A stretch of 64,000 bases of DNA from the NCBI GenBank assembly GCA_950097015.1, contig CATNEN010000002.1, positions 7,006,001 to 7,070,000 on the forward strand, given 5' to 3'. Under the pieces are notes generated by a model. That model was not told where the DNA came from and did no database searches. It worked only from the letters and a program-made list of their open reading frames with translations. Of the stretch, positions 1-12,464 are shown in pieces. Both the position numbers and the translations under genes were made by a program. How positions within the stretch are numbered: the stretch's first letter is position 1; every line of letters begins with the position of its first letter. The DNA is from Macrostomum hystrix (lineage: Eukaryota; Animalia; Platyhelminthes).

Positions 1-942
1 CTCGCGGCGGCCTCGAGACGGTCGGCCTCTACCGGGTTGGCGGCAACGCGGCCACCGTGCAGCGCCTTCGCCTGCTGGTTGACCAGTCGGCTGATTACGA
101 TCTGAACCAGCCGCACTGGGATATCAACGTGTTGGCCTCAGCTCTGAAAACATTTCTGAGAGAGCTGCGGCAGCCTCTGTTGGGACCGGAGCTGTTCCAG
201 GTACCAGGGACCTGAGGGTGTATAGCAACAGACTGAGTAGTTGGGGTAGCAACAGACTGAGTAGCTGGGGTAGCAACATACTGAGTAGCTGGGGTAGCAA
301 CATACTGAGTAGTTGGGGTAGCAACAGACTGAGTAGTTGGGGTAGCAACAGACTGAGTAGTTGGGGTAGCAACAGACTGAGTAGTTGGGGTAGCAACAGA
401 CTGAGTAGTTAGGGTAGCAACAGACTGAGTAGTTGGGGTAGCAACAGACTGAGTAGTTGGGGTAGCAACAGACTGAGTAGTTGGGGTAGCAACAGACTGA
501 GTAGCTGGGGTAGCAACAGACTGAGTAGTTGGGGTAGCAACAGACTGAGTAGCTGGGGTAGCTACAAACTACAGAAAAAAACTACAAGCCCCCATTGTCA
601 TGGAATGTCCCGCAGTCCGTGGCGCGGCACCACCAGTCGGGTGCAAAGCCCAGCATGCGTCGCGGCGCCATCTGGCAGGAGCTGCAGGCGGCTGCTGGCC
701 TGCCCACAATGCGCCTGCTGTTCGGTCACCTGTATCGCGTGGTGCAGCACAGCGAGCGAAACCAGATGACTGCCAGGAACCTGGCTGTTGTGATTGGCCC
801 GAACCTGCTGTGGCCAGCTGGGGCGTCTGCGGTGGCCTGCAGAACTGGCTGCGGACTGGCCACTGATCTCGCGCTGCAGACCGGCGTGGTCGAGTACCTG
901 ATACTGGAGGCCAACTATCTGTTCGATTTGAGTAGGAATTAG
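1..942 (+). CDS. RhoGAP-domain protein, 3' end (exons <1-200 and 616-942)
   Basis: Frame from nt 3 reads GLYRVGGN (arginine finger) and ALKTFLRELRQPLLGPELFQ. Phase-0 GT donor at 201 and CAG acceptor ending 615 join it to LFGHLYRVV..NQMTARNLAVVIGPNLLW, a RhoGAP C-terminal motif. Stop TAG at 940-942. Confidence 0.9.
222..560. repeat. 24-bp intronic minisatellite (TAGCAACAGACTGAGTAGTTGGGG)
   Basis: About 14 near-identical tandem copies inside the RhoGAP intron. Confidence 0.95.
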
Positions 943-1139
943 ACTGACTGCGCTGATTACTATGCCAGTTCTCAATGTTAGTTGTCGGTATGTTATTCCT
1001 ATTTTGATCTATTCAGAACCTGAATGACTTATGGTCCATCCGCACTGTGAAGATGCTTCGAGTCCTTCAGGATCAACCTGTATGATCCTTCAGGACATTC
1101 AGGCTCACCCCACATCATCCTTCAAGCTGACCCCTTCCG

Positions 1140-1520
1140 ATCCTTCATGTCCTTCAGGCTGACCCCATCAGATCCTTCAGGTCCTTCAGGCTGACCCCAT
1201 CAGATCCTTCAGGTCCTTCAGGCTGACCTCATCAGATCCTTCAGGTCCTTCAGGCTGACCCCATCAGATCCTTCAGGTCCTTCAGGCTGACCCCATCAGA
1301 TCCTTCAGGTCCTTCAGGCTGACCTCATCAGATCCTTCAGGTCCTTCAGGCTGACCCCATCAGATCCTTCAGGTCCTTCAGGCTGACCCCATCAGATCCT
1401 TCAGGTCCTTCAGGCTGACCTCATCAGATCTTTCAGGTCCTTCAGTCTGACCTCATCAGATGCTTCAGGTCCTTCAGGCAATCAGGCTGACCTCATCAGA
1501 TGCTTCAGGTCCTTCAGGCT
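1140..1520. repeat. 32-bp minisatellite (GATCCTTCAGGTCCTTCAGGCTGACCCCATCA)
   Basis: Tandem copies read directly. Confidence 0.95.
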
Positions 1521-2844
1521 CTCCATATCTGATCTAGTTCCTTCATGTCCCTCTGAGGTTTTCGAGTTTTTCTGCCACAGCATGGCCTCTATTTTGCGAT
1601 AGCAGAAGCAAGAATTGTGTATGCCAATCCTAATCCAGAATTATTTATATAAACTCATCGATAACTATGAGCAATAAAGGTGCAATACTAGCATAGTCAT
1701 TGTGCAGAGTTTTTTATTCTACACATTCACCCATGGATCTCTCCATTCAGTATATTCGCGTTGCGGTTTCATTTAAGCGGCAAGTTTTTCGTCTGTCAGT
1801 AGAGCAACGCAGCTTTTCAAAATCTGGCAGTATTTTTTCTCGCGCCGTATAAAAATTCATTTTTTGTGAACGCCCTTGTTGACTACTTTTAATTTTGTTT
1901 TGTCTCCGTATTGGAACACAGTTCTTATTCGGTTACTTTAGGTGAAGAAAGCTTTTTGTCTAGAAAAAGAAGAAAAATCGAATCGTTTCAAATACGCCTT
2001 AATCAAGGTCATTCGTTTTGTTGTTTTAATATGCCAATTAAAGTTTATTTTTAGTAAATTCTTGATGCCAAGCACTTTTTTCGCCTGGTTAATTAACGCG
2101 AAATTAAATCAACGAAGAAGCGTGCGCATTGTGTTTTAACGAGGCCAATATTTTTTGATATGCTACGCTTTTTGTTTGTCTTAGGGCTTCCGTCATTAAA
2201 AAAAACTTTTTAATATAATTTTCTGTTTTGGAGTCATTCCTATTGAATTTTCTGTACATGAGCTGATTTGGCTACTCAAGTATGAGTTTTACTGAAGTTT
2301 TCCTTTTTAGCGAAGCGCGAGTCCTCCAATACTGCACGAGCGCACTAACGGGTTTTTCTTCTGTCTTTCCTAATATAGAATTTACTAAATTGCCTAATTT
2401 AGTTAATCTTGTCGAACAAATCATTTGTGTTTCCCTATTTTCAATATTAAATCAATGTCTATTTTTACACTACTCTTTTTGCAAGTAGTAGCATAAGCGT
2501 AAACTTAGCTAAAACGAATTTTCCTGCTTCGCCGCTTTGATTGACGTTTTAAAGTAAACTATCAACATAAAATAGCTATCATTCTCCACTGTTTGAGACG
2601 TCAAAGTTGCATATTATTTATTTAAGACTTCTGCCCGTAGATTTCCTCCATATTTTCAACACACATTATAAATCCGACATGTAGCGAAAAATGCAACGGT
2701 GATAATTACGTTGTATTCACATTTGTGATTCTAGCCCCCCTATTGAGCTTTAGTGCTCAACCAGTTTTAAGCATGCAGGTGTTTGATTTGGCAGTTCGCT
2801 ATTCTCATTAGCGGAATTTTTTTTATAAGTTCAATAATTCTTAG

Positions 2845-2916
2845 GCTAGAAAGATTCGAACTCGGGATCACTCGCTCCAGGCAGTGATCTGCGCTAGTCC
2901 GCTGCGCCATGATCCA
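2845..2916 (-). mobile_element. tRNA-like sequence (SINE head or tRNA pseudogene)
   Basis: Minus strand has an A box TGGCGCAGCGG, a GATCACT/AGTGATC stem and a B box GAGTTCGAATC. No pairing acceptor stem. Confidence 0.55.
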
Positions 2917-3012
2917 CCCATTCAACTAGTGTTTATTTAGGCTGCTGATTTTCCGCCGATGCAGGAGTTCCGCTCATCAAAGTCATGCACTGAATATGTT
3001 CCTCACTTCCAG

Positions 3013-6000
3013 ATGCAAGTGATCGCTCCCAACAATATCAAGATCTACAACCTGCTGAATGCCCAGTCTCTTCCAGACTGGCTTTCCGATCGCAAGAAGC
3101 GCCAATTGCGCAAGGCCGATCCGAGTTTGCGCCACTCAATCCAGCTAATTCAGGATCTGGGCATGCCCAACCTGTGCAGCTACCTGACGCTGTCCCCGGA
3201 CCAGCAGTACCTGTTCCTGCTAGGCGTCTACAAGCCCAGGCTAGCCTGCTTTGAGCTGGCCAATCTGTCACAGAAGTTCGAGCGCTGCATCGACTCACCG
3301 GCACACAAGGTTGGTTTGGCATCTGCCATCATTTTTTCAAAGGGGATAATTTTTCCACTAACAAACAAAATTGAAATTGTTCATTCACCTTTACAACCTT
3401 TGTCTTGAGTCCTTTCTACCCTGCTTCTCTATTGCTTTTTAACTTTGATCCCCTCCGCATCGTCCTCCATGTCCTAACTCGTACAAATTTCCTAACCGCC
3501 AACCGGGGTAAATATTATAGTAAAAGTGCAAACAGTTTTCTTAATTTTTATTTCCTATTGTTTTTTCTCTGTTAGCTCTGTCGTTCGTCCGATTTCTATC
3601 AGTTACTTAATGCAATTACTTATCCATTCTGTTCCCTTCTTATCGATCCTTTTCCTGCCTTATCATTCCATTTCCCATATTTCCTCTTCCCCATCCTTCC
3701 CCTTCCCCATCCGTCCTCTTCCCCATCCTTCCCCTTCCCCATCCTTCCTCTTCCCCATCCTTCCCCTTCCCCATCCTTCCCGTTCCCCATCCTTCCCCTT
3801 CCCCACCCTTCCCTTCGCTATCCCTCTCTTTCATTTCTTCCTACTATGCTCATATCAAACTAATTTACCCATAGAGCTACAGTTAATCTGGTATTTTTTA
3901 TAGAATCAAAATCAGTTGCTGAGTTGGTGACTGAAAGTAAACTGTAAAGAAGAAATAAATTATCAGCTTTTGAGCAATGGCACACACGCACAGTAGGCTT
4001 AGTTAACTTTGTGAGGCAATGCGATTAAACGCAAGCAGCTGCATCCTGTTCTCATCGTTCAGTTGGCCCAGTTTTTTTAGAGGCCGATAAGGCCGGGCTG
4101 CTAAACATTTTCTGCAACACTTCTCTGCCCTTCTACTAGGAGAGAAAAAATAAAGAAGAATTGTCTGGTTAGGCTCTTAAGTAGTCTGTTGCTGCTGCTG
4201 CTTTGGCAGAGGTAGAGCAGAGGTCCTGAGGTGGAATTAACCAAATAGTGCGTCCTTAGCAACAGGCTCTGCTTTTTTAGTTTCTGGCCTCGCCGTGGAA
4301 TCGAGCTCAGGATTCACCCTCACCCCTTCAATCCAGGGGTTTGAATTATAACGTTTGATCTTACTTAGCTTCTCATGGCATCTGTTGGCCCTCCTGTCCA
4401 TGGACTGAACAGCTGTACACAGGCTTTGAATCAGGCCCAAAAAATTTAGCCCAACTGGCTCAAGTAATAAGTAATAAGAATGTAACTTATTACATCTAGG
4501 ATCATCGCTCTACTTTGCGGATAAAGTTAGGAATATGATATGAGTCGCTTTATTGCTATGCATCGGCTTTGAGCTGCGCTGTGTGGTATTTGCACTAAAT
4601 AACGGATGAGACTTGTTGCAGGATTAAAAAAGACTAGCACTAATTATAGAACTTTTATGAAGGCGTCTTTCCATTTTTTTAAAAAGAATTTACTTTGTCT
4701 GAATAAATTTAGCTCTTGTTTTTAGGAGGGGAGTGAGTCACACCAAGGTCCCTGAGCTCGATTCCGCGGCGAGGCCACATTCATTCGAGAAGCAGAAGCG
4801 GAGAGAAGGCTTTGGGGGCTTGTCATGCAATTTACACTCTTGATTACCAACCTCCAAGGCACAGTGAGAGTCTACACTGCCTGACGATGAGAAATTCAGT
4901 GCAGATGTACACACCTGTGTGAGCGTACGCCTACGTACAGTATCTGTGTGCGCGTGTGCTCAGGAGTCAGCGAAATGGGCAGAATTGCCTCTTCGCTGGC
5001 TGCGTGTCTAGTGTCACGAAATGATGTGCCACGATCGATAATCGTTTCCATCGCGCTTAAATTCGAACTTCCGACCTTCCTTACACCGCAATTTCAGCTG
5101 GTGTCAATCAGCGAGGACTACAGCAAGCTGGCCATGCTGGAGGCGGAGCGCTGGCTCGAGCTGCACTCTCAGCAGGGCCATCACTACAAGCTGCGCGTGC
5201 CGGCCGAGGGCCGCGACCTGGCCTGGTGCGGCAGGACTGGCGAGCTTCTGGTGGCGACGGCCAGCGCCGAGCTGCACCGACTCAACCTGGAGCTGGGCCG
5301 GTTCATGCAGCCGTGGCGCACTGAGGCGGCAGTTGAGAACACCCGCTGCTCGGACTGTCCGCAGAACGGCCTGCTGTTTGTTGGCACCGGGGATGCCAAA
5401 GTGCAGGCCTGGGATCCGCGCTCCAAGGCCGCCGTGGCCACGCTGGACATTGGACCGGAGGTCGGCGGCCTGCCGGCTGTCAGCTGCTTGCGGCCCAAGG
5501 ATCACGTGACTCTGGGCGTGGGCCTGGCCTCAGGCCACGCGCTGCTGTACGATATTCGCGAGCGAAGGCCCAGCGTTGTTAAAGACCATCGATACGGGGT
5601 GCCCGTGCATTCCATTGCGTTTCACGGTGACAAGGTGAATACTGCCTACCGATTTGCTTGTGCGGGTTCTGAATGATAATCTAGATAGGTGGGATTTTGG
5701 AGAGTCTAGTGAGGGCTGAGATTTTGAAGTCTGGTGATGGGTGAGATTTCGGAGAGTCAAGTGATAGGTGAGATTTTGGAGTGTGGTGAGATTTCGGAGT
5801 GTAGTGAGGGGTGAGATTTTGGAGAGTCTAGTGAGGGGTGAGATTTTGGACAGTCTTGTGAGGGGTGAGATTTTGGAGAGTCTAGTGAGGGGTGAGATTT
5901 TGGAGAGTCTAGTGAGGGGTGAGATTTTGGAGTGTGGTGAGATTTTGGAGTGTAGTGAGGGGTGAGATTTTGAAGTCTGGTGAGGGGTGAGATTTTGGAT

Positions 6001-8350
6001 ATTCTGGTGATGGGTGAGATTTCGGAGAGACAAGTGATAGGTGAGATTTTGGAGTGTGGTGAGATTTTGGAGTGTAGTGAGGGGTGGGATTTTGGAGTGT
6101 GGTGAGAGGTGAGATTTTGGAGTGTCGTGAAAGGTGAGATTTTGGAGTGTCGTGAAAGGTGAGATTTTGGAGAGTCTAGTGAGGGGTGAGATTTTGGAGA
6201 GTCTAGTGAGGGGTGAGATTTTGAGTCTGGTGATGGGTGAGATTTTGAGTCTGGTGTCGGGTGAAATTTTTGCGATCCTTAAAAACGAAGGTGAGATTTT
6301 GAGCGGTCTGTAGAATGAGATTTTGAGCATGAAGTTTGCAAGTGTACCCGTCACTATTTCTCCAGGTGATCAGCAGCGATTCAAAGTGCGTGAAATTCTG
6401 GCACCAGGCTGACGGCTCGCCCTACACGGCTGTTGAGCCCGGCATTAACATCAACCACATGCTGCACTTCCCAGGCTCCGGCCTCATCATGCTGGCCTGC
6501 GAGCAGCCGGAGGTTGTGCCGCTGTTCGTGCCGGAGCTGGGCCCCGCGCCCAAGTTCTGCTCCCGGCTAGACAATGAGGTTTGCCTCTCACCTGCTTCTG
6601 CTTTTGTACTTTTATTTTCAACCTATTTTCAGCTTCTTTTCCACCTGGGCATTGTGAGTTGCTCTAAAAGTTTGTTTGTACTTTTCTTAAAACGTCTTAC
6701 CTTCTCCATCTTCACTAGCTCCTCTACTCAATGGCACCCATCATGGTGTCCTTAATTTTTTAGGTCTCCTATTTTGCTTTCTCGATAGGAGCTTTCTAGA
6801 TTGTTTACCTCTTTTCCACCTTTTCCCTCCACTATTTCATCATTTTCGTCATTTTTCCTATTTCTTCCTATTTTCCTATTTCTCTTCCCATTCTCACATT
6901 TTTCCCTCTCATATTCTCCCATTTCTCCCCTCTTTCCATTATCCTCGTATCATTGTATATTTTTATGATTTTTATACGGCGTCAAGTAAGATAAAACCTT
7001 TAATTTCAGTTTTTAGCTTTCAGGGCCTTCAGAGCTTTCATCGCGTCGATGGCAACATTGAGACATTTCGAATTCGCAATTCCTTGATCTCTAGGCTTTG
7101 CTTTTTTCTCACTCTCGTCGCGGGAATAGTGAATTCCTAATTAGCTTGTGTCTAGTCTAGCCAGTCTAGCCTTGAGAACTAAGTGCATTTTTTGCCTGCA
7201 GGGACTCACAAATCGAGGGATGACGCTGTCTTACTAGCTCGTATATTTTGGGGCACATTGTGATGTGCACTCTGATTTTCGTTTCGCTTTTCGGCTTTTA
7301 AATTAATTATTTATTGATGCAAACTAAAAAAGCCCAGAACAAGCATCTACTCGTACATGGAAGGCACCCTGGGAAGGCGCCCAGATCGAAGCCCACCTCA
7401 CTCCTTAAATTTACACACGCCAAGATCGATCGAAGCCCACCTCACTCCTTAAGTGTACACACGCCAAGATCGAAGCCCACCTCACTCCTTAAATGTACAA
7501 CCGCCAAGATCGAAGCCCACCTCACTCCTTAAATGTACACACGCCAAGATCGAAGCCCACCTCACTCCTCAAATGTACACGCGCCCAGACCGAAGCTCAC
7601 CCCACTCCTCAAGTGTACACACCCCCAGATCACAGCCTACCTCACTCCTCAAATGTACACACGCCCAGACCAAAGCCCACCTCACTCCTCAAATGTACAC
7701 ACGCTCAGACCAAACTATGTTTCATGCGACAATAGCACACACTCCCATTCTATTAATTTTATCCCAAAACAAACCACCACCAAAGGATTCCACACAGTCT
7801 GACTGCTAAAAAACCCGAATCCTCCATCCGCATCACCAAGGTGGAAGAGCAAGAGCGGACGGAGACCGTGCTGTACGACAACTACAAGTTCCTCACGCGA
7901 GAGCAGCTGACCAGCCTAGGCCTTTGCAGCCTCATTGGCACCGAGTATTTGCGTGCCTTCATGCACGGCTTCTTTATCGACGCGCGCCTGTTTGAACGCG
8001 CCAAACTGGCGCTAGGCTCCGGCGCCGCAGCCGACACTGCGGCCCTTCGACGAGAACGACTTCGCGAGGCAGCCGACGGTCTGGCGGCTGGTCGCATTCG
8101 CCGATCCGAAGAGGTGTCCGTGGCGGACCCATCGGCTGCCCGGGTGAACCGCAGCTTGGTCGGAGTGGTCACTGACACCAGATTCGGCGACATGTTTCGC
8201 CGAGAAGAATTCACCGTCGACGCCGAGTCTGAGGAGTTTCGCCGATTGGACCAGCTACGGCGAGCGGCGGCCAAAAAGGAGAAGCGGCGCCGATTGGCCA
8301 GGGAGCGGGCGGGGCGGGCCGAACGGCTTGCGGCCACAGCCAATCAGTGA
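3013..8350 (+). CDS. NOL10: Nucleolar protein 10 (WD40 plus NUC153); exons 3013-3309, 5098-5634, 6366-6578, 7841-8350
   Basis: MQV..IKIYNL..SLPDWLSDRKKR, GVYKPRLACF, KFERCIDS, SEDYSK, LNLELGRF, WDPRS, ELGPAPKFCS, LYDNYKFLT, AFMHGFFID and the NUC153 motif DTRFGDMF..EFTVDAESEEFR. All introns are GT-AG, phase 0. Confidence 0.95.
3680..3815. repeat. Polypyrimidine low-complexity tract (CCCCATCCTT/CCCTT)
   Basis: Read directly, in NOL10 intron 1. Confidence 0.85.
4725..5035 (+). mobile_element. tRNA-derived SINE copy (5' head partly deleted)
   Basis: Shares CCAAGGTCCCTGAGCTCGATTCCGCGGCGAGGCCA...CCTGACGATGAGAAA...CTCAGGAGTCAGCGAAATGGGCAGAAT with the copies at 20.5, 25.4, 48.0 and 52.2 kb. Confidence 0.85.
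5685..6310. repeat. Degenerate ~13/26-bp minisatellite (GGTGAGATTTTGGAGAGTCTAGTGAG)
   Basis: Tandem copies in NOL10 intron 2. Confidence 0.9.
7380..7710. repeat. 40-bp minisatellite (GCCAAGATCGAAGCCCACCTCACTCCTTAAATGTACACAC)
   Basis: About 8 copies in NOL10 intron 3. Confidence 0.95.
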
Positions 8351-8367
8351 TCACCTGCTGGACTATC

Positions 8368-9150
8368 AGTCCTGGCTGCCACTTCCTGTCCCCTCACAGT
8401 CGTGGCTGCCACTTCCTTCCCCCCTCAGTCTTGGCTGCCACTTCCTGTCCCCCCACAGTCCTGGCTGCCACTTCCTTTCCACCCCAGTCTTGGCTGCCAC
8501 TTCCTTCCCCCCTCAGTCTTCGCTGCCACTTCCTCCCCCCAGTCTTGGCTGCCACTTCCTTCCCCCCCAGTCCTGGCTGCCACTTTCCCACAGTCCTGGC
8601 TGCCACTTCCTTCCCCCCTCAGTCTTGGCTGCCACTTCCTCCCCCCATTCTTGGCTGCCACTTCCTTCCCCCCAGTCCTGGCTGCCACTTTCCCACAGTC
8701 CTGGCTGCCACTTCCTTCCCCCCTCAGTCTTGGCTGCCACTTCCTCCCCCCCAGTCTTGGCTGCCACTTCCTTCCCCCCTCAGTCTTGGCTGCCACTTCC
8801 TCCCCCCCAGTCTTGGCTGCCACTTCCTCCCCCCCAGTCTTGGCTGCCACTTCCTTCCCCCCTCAGTCTTGGCTGCCACTTCCTTCCCCCGTCTTGGCTG
8901 CCACTTCCTCCCCCCCCAGTCTTGGCTGCCACTTCCTTCCCCCCCCCAGTCCTGGCTGCCACTTTCCCACAGTCCTGGCTGCCACTTCCTTCCCCCCTCA
9001 GTCTTGGCTGCCACTTCCTCCCCCCTCAGTCTTGGCTGCCACTTCCTCCCCCCAGTCTTGGCTGCCACTTCCTTCCCCCAGTCCTGGCTGCCACTTTCCC
9101 ACAGTCCTGGCTGCCACTTTCCCAAAGTCCTGGCTGCCACTTCCCCTCAG
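8368..9150. repeat. ~26-31-bp minisatellite (CAGTCTTGGCTGCCACTTCCT + variable poly-C)
   Basis: Tandem copies. They explain all the repetitive ORFs at 8.3-9.3 kb. Confidence 0.95.
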
Positions 9151-9619
9151 TGTTAGCCGCCACTTTGTGAGTTTCAGTGGCAGCAATTTTATGACGCATT
9201 TTTCAGTTTTTTTCTGCTCCAAGCGAGCCAAGCATTATCCGTTTTTAACTGCTGCGGCCCACCTGAAGTGTTCCATTTATGATCTATAAATAATTGGCTT
9301 CGCCCAGTTCATCCCGCCTACCTGCTAGGCTCATTTTTGCTTGTCTAGTTTCATCTGCTTGACAAATAAATTGACAGAATTATGAAAAAGATGTCCTTCT
9401 GAATGTGCTGCTCGTTTGAGCAGTCGGATTAGAAGGAACACGATAACTCTGATCCTTTTTGTATTTTTGAGTCACAGAATCTCTTTTGTCCTTTATAGTA
9501 TTATAAACGAAATGCTTGTCATCTAAGGGTGTATGGGCAATATTAGTCTTTTAGTCTTTCCTTGACTCTCACTAGCTTTGTAGTTTAAAATTTCTTTAAA
9601 ACAGGAACAGGTAAATTGA

Positions 9620-10628
9620 TTGTACAGGTACTAGATACTAGATAGACAAAGGTACTGGAAAGAACAGGTACTAGACAGAACAGGTACTAGATAGAACAGG
9701 TACTAGATAGAACAGCTGTTAGATAGAACAGGTACTGGATAGAACAGGTACTAGATAGAACAGCTGTTAGATAGAACAGGTACTGGATAGAACAGCTGTT
9801 AGATAGAACAGGTACTGGATAGAACAGCTGTTAGATAGAACAGGTACTAGATAGAACAGGTACTAGATAGAACAGGTACTAGATAGAACAGCTGTTAGAT
9901 AGAACAGGTACTGGATAGAACAGGTACTAGATAGAACAGCTGTTAGATAGAACTGGTACTGGATAGAACAGCTGTTAGATAGAACAGGTACTAGATAGAA
10001 CAGGTACTGGATAGAACAGCTGTTAGATAGAACAGGTACTAGATAGAACAGCTGTTGGATAGAACAGGTACTAGATAGAACAGCTGTTAGATAGAACAGT
10101 TACTGGATAGAACAGGTACTAGATAGAACAGCTGTTAGATAGAACAGGTACTAGATAGAACAGCTGTTAGATAGAACAGGTACTAGATAGAACAGCTGTT
10201 AGATAGAACAGTTACTGGATAGAACAGCTGTTAGATAGAACAGGTACTAGATAGAACAGCTGTTAGATAGAACAGGTACTAGATAGAACAGGTACTAGAT
10301 AGAACAGCTGTTAGATAGAACAGGTACTAGATAGAACAGCTGTTAGATAGAACAGGTACTAGATAGAACAGCTGTTAGATAGAACAGGTACTAGATAGAA
10401 CAGCTGTTAGATAGAACAGTTACTGGATAGAACAGGTACTAGATAGAACAGCTGTTAGATAGAACAGGTACTGGATAGAACAGGTACTAGATAGAACAGC
10501 TGTTAGATAGAACAGGTACTGGATAGAACAGGTACTAGATAGAACAGCTGTTAGATAGAACAGGTACTAGATAGAACAGCTGTTAGATAGAACAGCTGTT
10601 AGATAGAACAGGTACTGGATAGAACAGG
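9620..10628. repeat. 16-bp satellite with two interleaved variants (TAGATAGAACAGGTAC / TAGATAGAACAGCTGT)
   Basis: About 60 tandem copies read directly. Confidence 0.95.
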
Positions 10629-10682
10629 GCACAGATTAATAGATTAAGAAGTGCACATCGATTCTGCTTTGCAGCAAGTGTC

Positions 10683-11231
10683 ATGTCGTGGCCCAGAATA
10701 CTCTTCCGTCGGCAGCTTTTGCAGCAGCAGCAGCAGCAGCAGAGCTCCCTGTCGTTTCTCTCCCGCATATTCGGCGGCTCAGGCGGCAGGCGAGTTGAGA
10801 TCGGCTCCGATCAGCAGGGCAATCGCTACTTTGAGGAGTCGCTCGGCCCCGACAAGCGCTCCCGTCGAATCGTCTGGGCTCCTGGTCAGCGTCGGGACGA
10901 CGATCCCAGCATCTCGGCGGTGCCGACACCGTCAAGCGAGTGGGACTCCTGGCTGCGGCACCGCCGGCCAGACCCGCCTACAACGGCGGAGGTGGCCTCG
11001 AACGCCCAGCTGGCGGCTTTGAAGTCGGTCCGAGGCGCCGACATCGCCGCCAGGGATCGGCGGAAGCGCGAGGAGCGGCTGAGGAGCGGCGAGCTGCAGC
11101 AGCCTGGCGAGGACAGCAAGCCGGAGGGCATGCACAGCAGCTCGGCTTTCCCAGCCTACGGCCAGCAGTACGAGGAGTATCCAGGAGCCCGATGGGAGGA
11201 CGCGGACGACTCGAAGCCGAAAAAGAAATAG
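10683..11231 (+). CDS. NDUFAF2: NDUFA12/NDUFAF2 (mimitin)-family complex I assembly factor, intronless
   Basis: IGSDQQGNRYFE, EWDSWLRHRRPDPPT and C-terminal FPAYGQQYEEYPG. The last motif favours NDUFAF2 over NDUFA12. Confidence 0.8.
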   Translation: MSWPRILFRRQLLQQQQQQQSSLSFLSRIFGGSGGRRVEIGSDQQGNRYFEESLGPDKRSRRIVWAPGQRRDDDPSISAVPTPSSEWDSWLRHRRPDPPTTAEVASNAQLAALKSVRGADIAARDRRKREERLRSGELQQPGEDSKPEGMHSSSAFPAYGQQYEEYPGARWEDADDSKPKKK

Positions 11232-11419
11232 CCAGGCCCTGCTCACCGATTTCAGCTTCAATGTTTTTGTTCCTAAATCTTAAAAATAGTGTAGTCTTCA
11301 TTAATTTAGGATCCCAAGTTTTTTCTAAGAATGTCCCACTTTCTGACTTAGATTTTTCCTTAAAATTTCCCACCTAAAGATCTAAAGTTTTCCCTAAAAT
11401 ATCCCAGTTTAAGCCTAGA

Positions 11420-11640
11420 AGTTTTCCCTGAAATCTCCCACCTAAAGATTCGATTTTTTTCCTAAAATCTCCCACCTAAAGATTCGAATTTTTTTCCTAA
11501 AATCTCCCACCTAAAGATTCGAATTTTTTTCCTAAAATCTCCCACCTAAAGATTCGAATTTTTTTCCTAAAATCTCCCACCTAAAGATTCGAATTTTTTT
11601 CCTAAAATCTCCCACCTAAAGATTCGAATTTTTCCCAGAA
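11420..11640. repeat. ~36-bp minisatellite (CCTAAAATCTCCCACCTAAAGATTCGAATTTTTTT)
   Basis: Tandem copies read directly. Confidence 0.9.
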
Positions 11641-12464
11641 ATCTCTCACTGAGATAGGATTGTATGTACTCGTATTTTCTCTGAGTCTCCCATTTTTAGA
11701 CATAATATTTTCCCAAAAATTTTCTACCTAGTCTTCCTAAAGTCTCATTCTGCGATACTATGGGATATTATAATTGTAGTAAAACCTACCACTGATAATA
11801 ATTAGAATTCTTCCTTAAAATCTCCCGGTTTTAAATTCTAAATTTCCCACTTTTTAAAAGCACAGAATCGCAAAAATAGTCGTAAATTGAAAAAAATTTT
11901 GTATCTGTAAAAATTTCCTCTCCGTAAGGAATTGCACTTTGTATTAGTTATTGTTCAATCAGAAAAACAACTAATGCATGTGAGTGGTTTCTAGATTGTG
12001 GCCTTCATAATCCAGATTTCTAATAAATAAAGCTACCCTGCATTTCAGTAATGCTTATTTTATTAAAGCCTTGTTTTGAAAATTGTCGATCATTTGCAAG
12101 TCACGTCTCTAGTCCAGATCAGAAGTTTTATGTACTATTGCCAGGTATTGTTTTATAGCATAGCTACTTTAGTGTATGGCATTTGTTGACAAAGTAAGCT
12201 TATTTTCAGCGACAGTAATATAAAATGTGGTTTTACTTGCGTTCATTTTGTAAGCAAAATTCCTATTTCGTTGCTGTTCTATGGAATGATCAATTTAAAG
12301 TTTTTATTTGACAATAACATTGATTTCGGGGCAACGTAAAGTGCTTTATTAGCATCTGCAATTAGCATTAGTGACTCGTGCGGAATAATAATTAGCTCAG
12401 TAAACTCAACAGTTAAACCGAATTCTTAAATATCTGTCAGGAGACCCACTCGGGCACCAGAGGA

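Noticed and set aside
2845-2916. Functional tRNA gene
   Set aside because: The acceptor stem does not pair and the anticodon loop is not canonical.
4948-5097. SINE-derived N-terminal extension of the NOL10 exon 2 ORF
   Set aside because: A clear acceptor at 5097 joins exon 1 in phase. This also shows that SINE-to-exon open frames can arise by chance.
1843-6982. Inverted pair CGCCGTATAAAAAT at ~1846 and ~6967 as transposon TIRs
   Set aside because: The match is short, no target-site duplication is seen, and the interval contains ordinary NOL10 exons.
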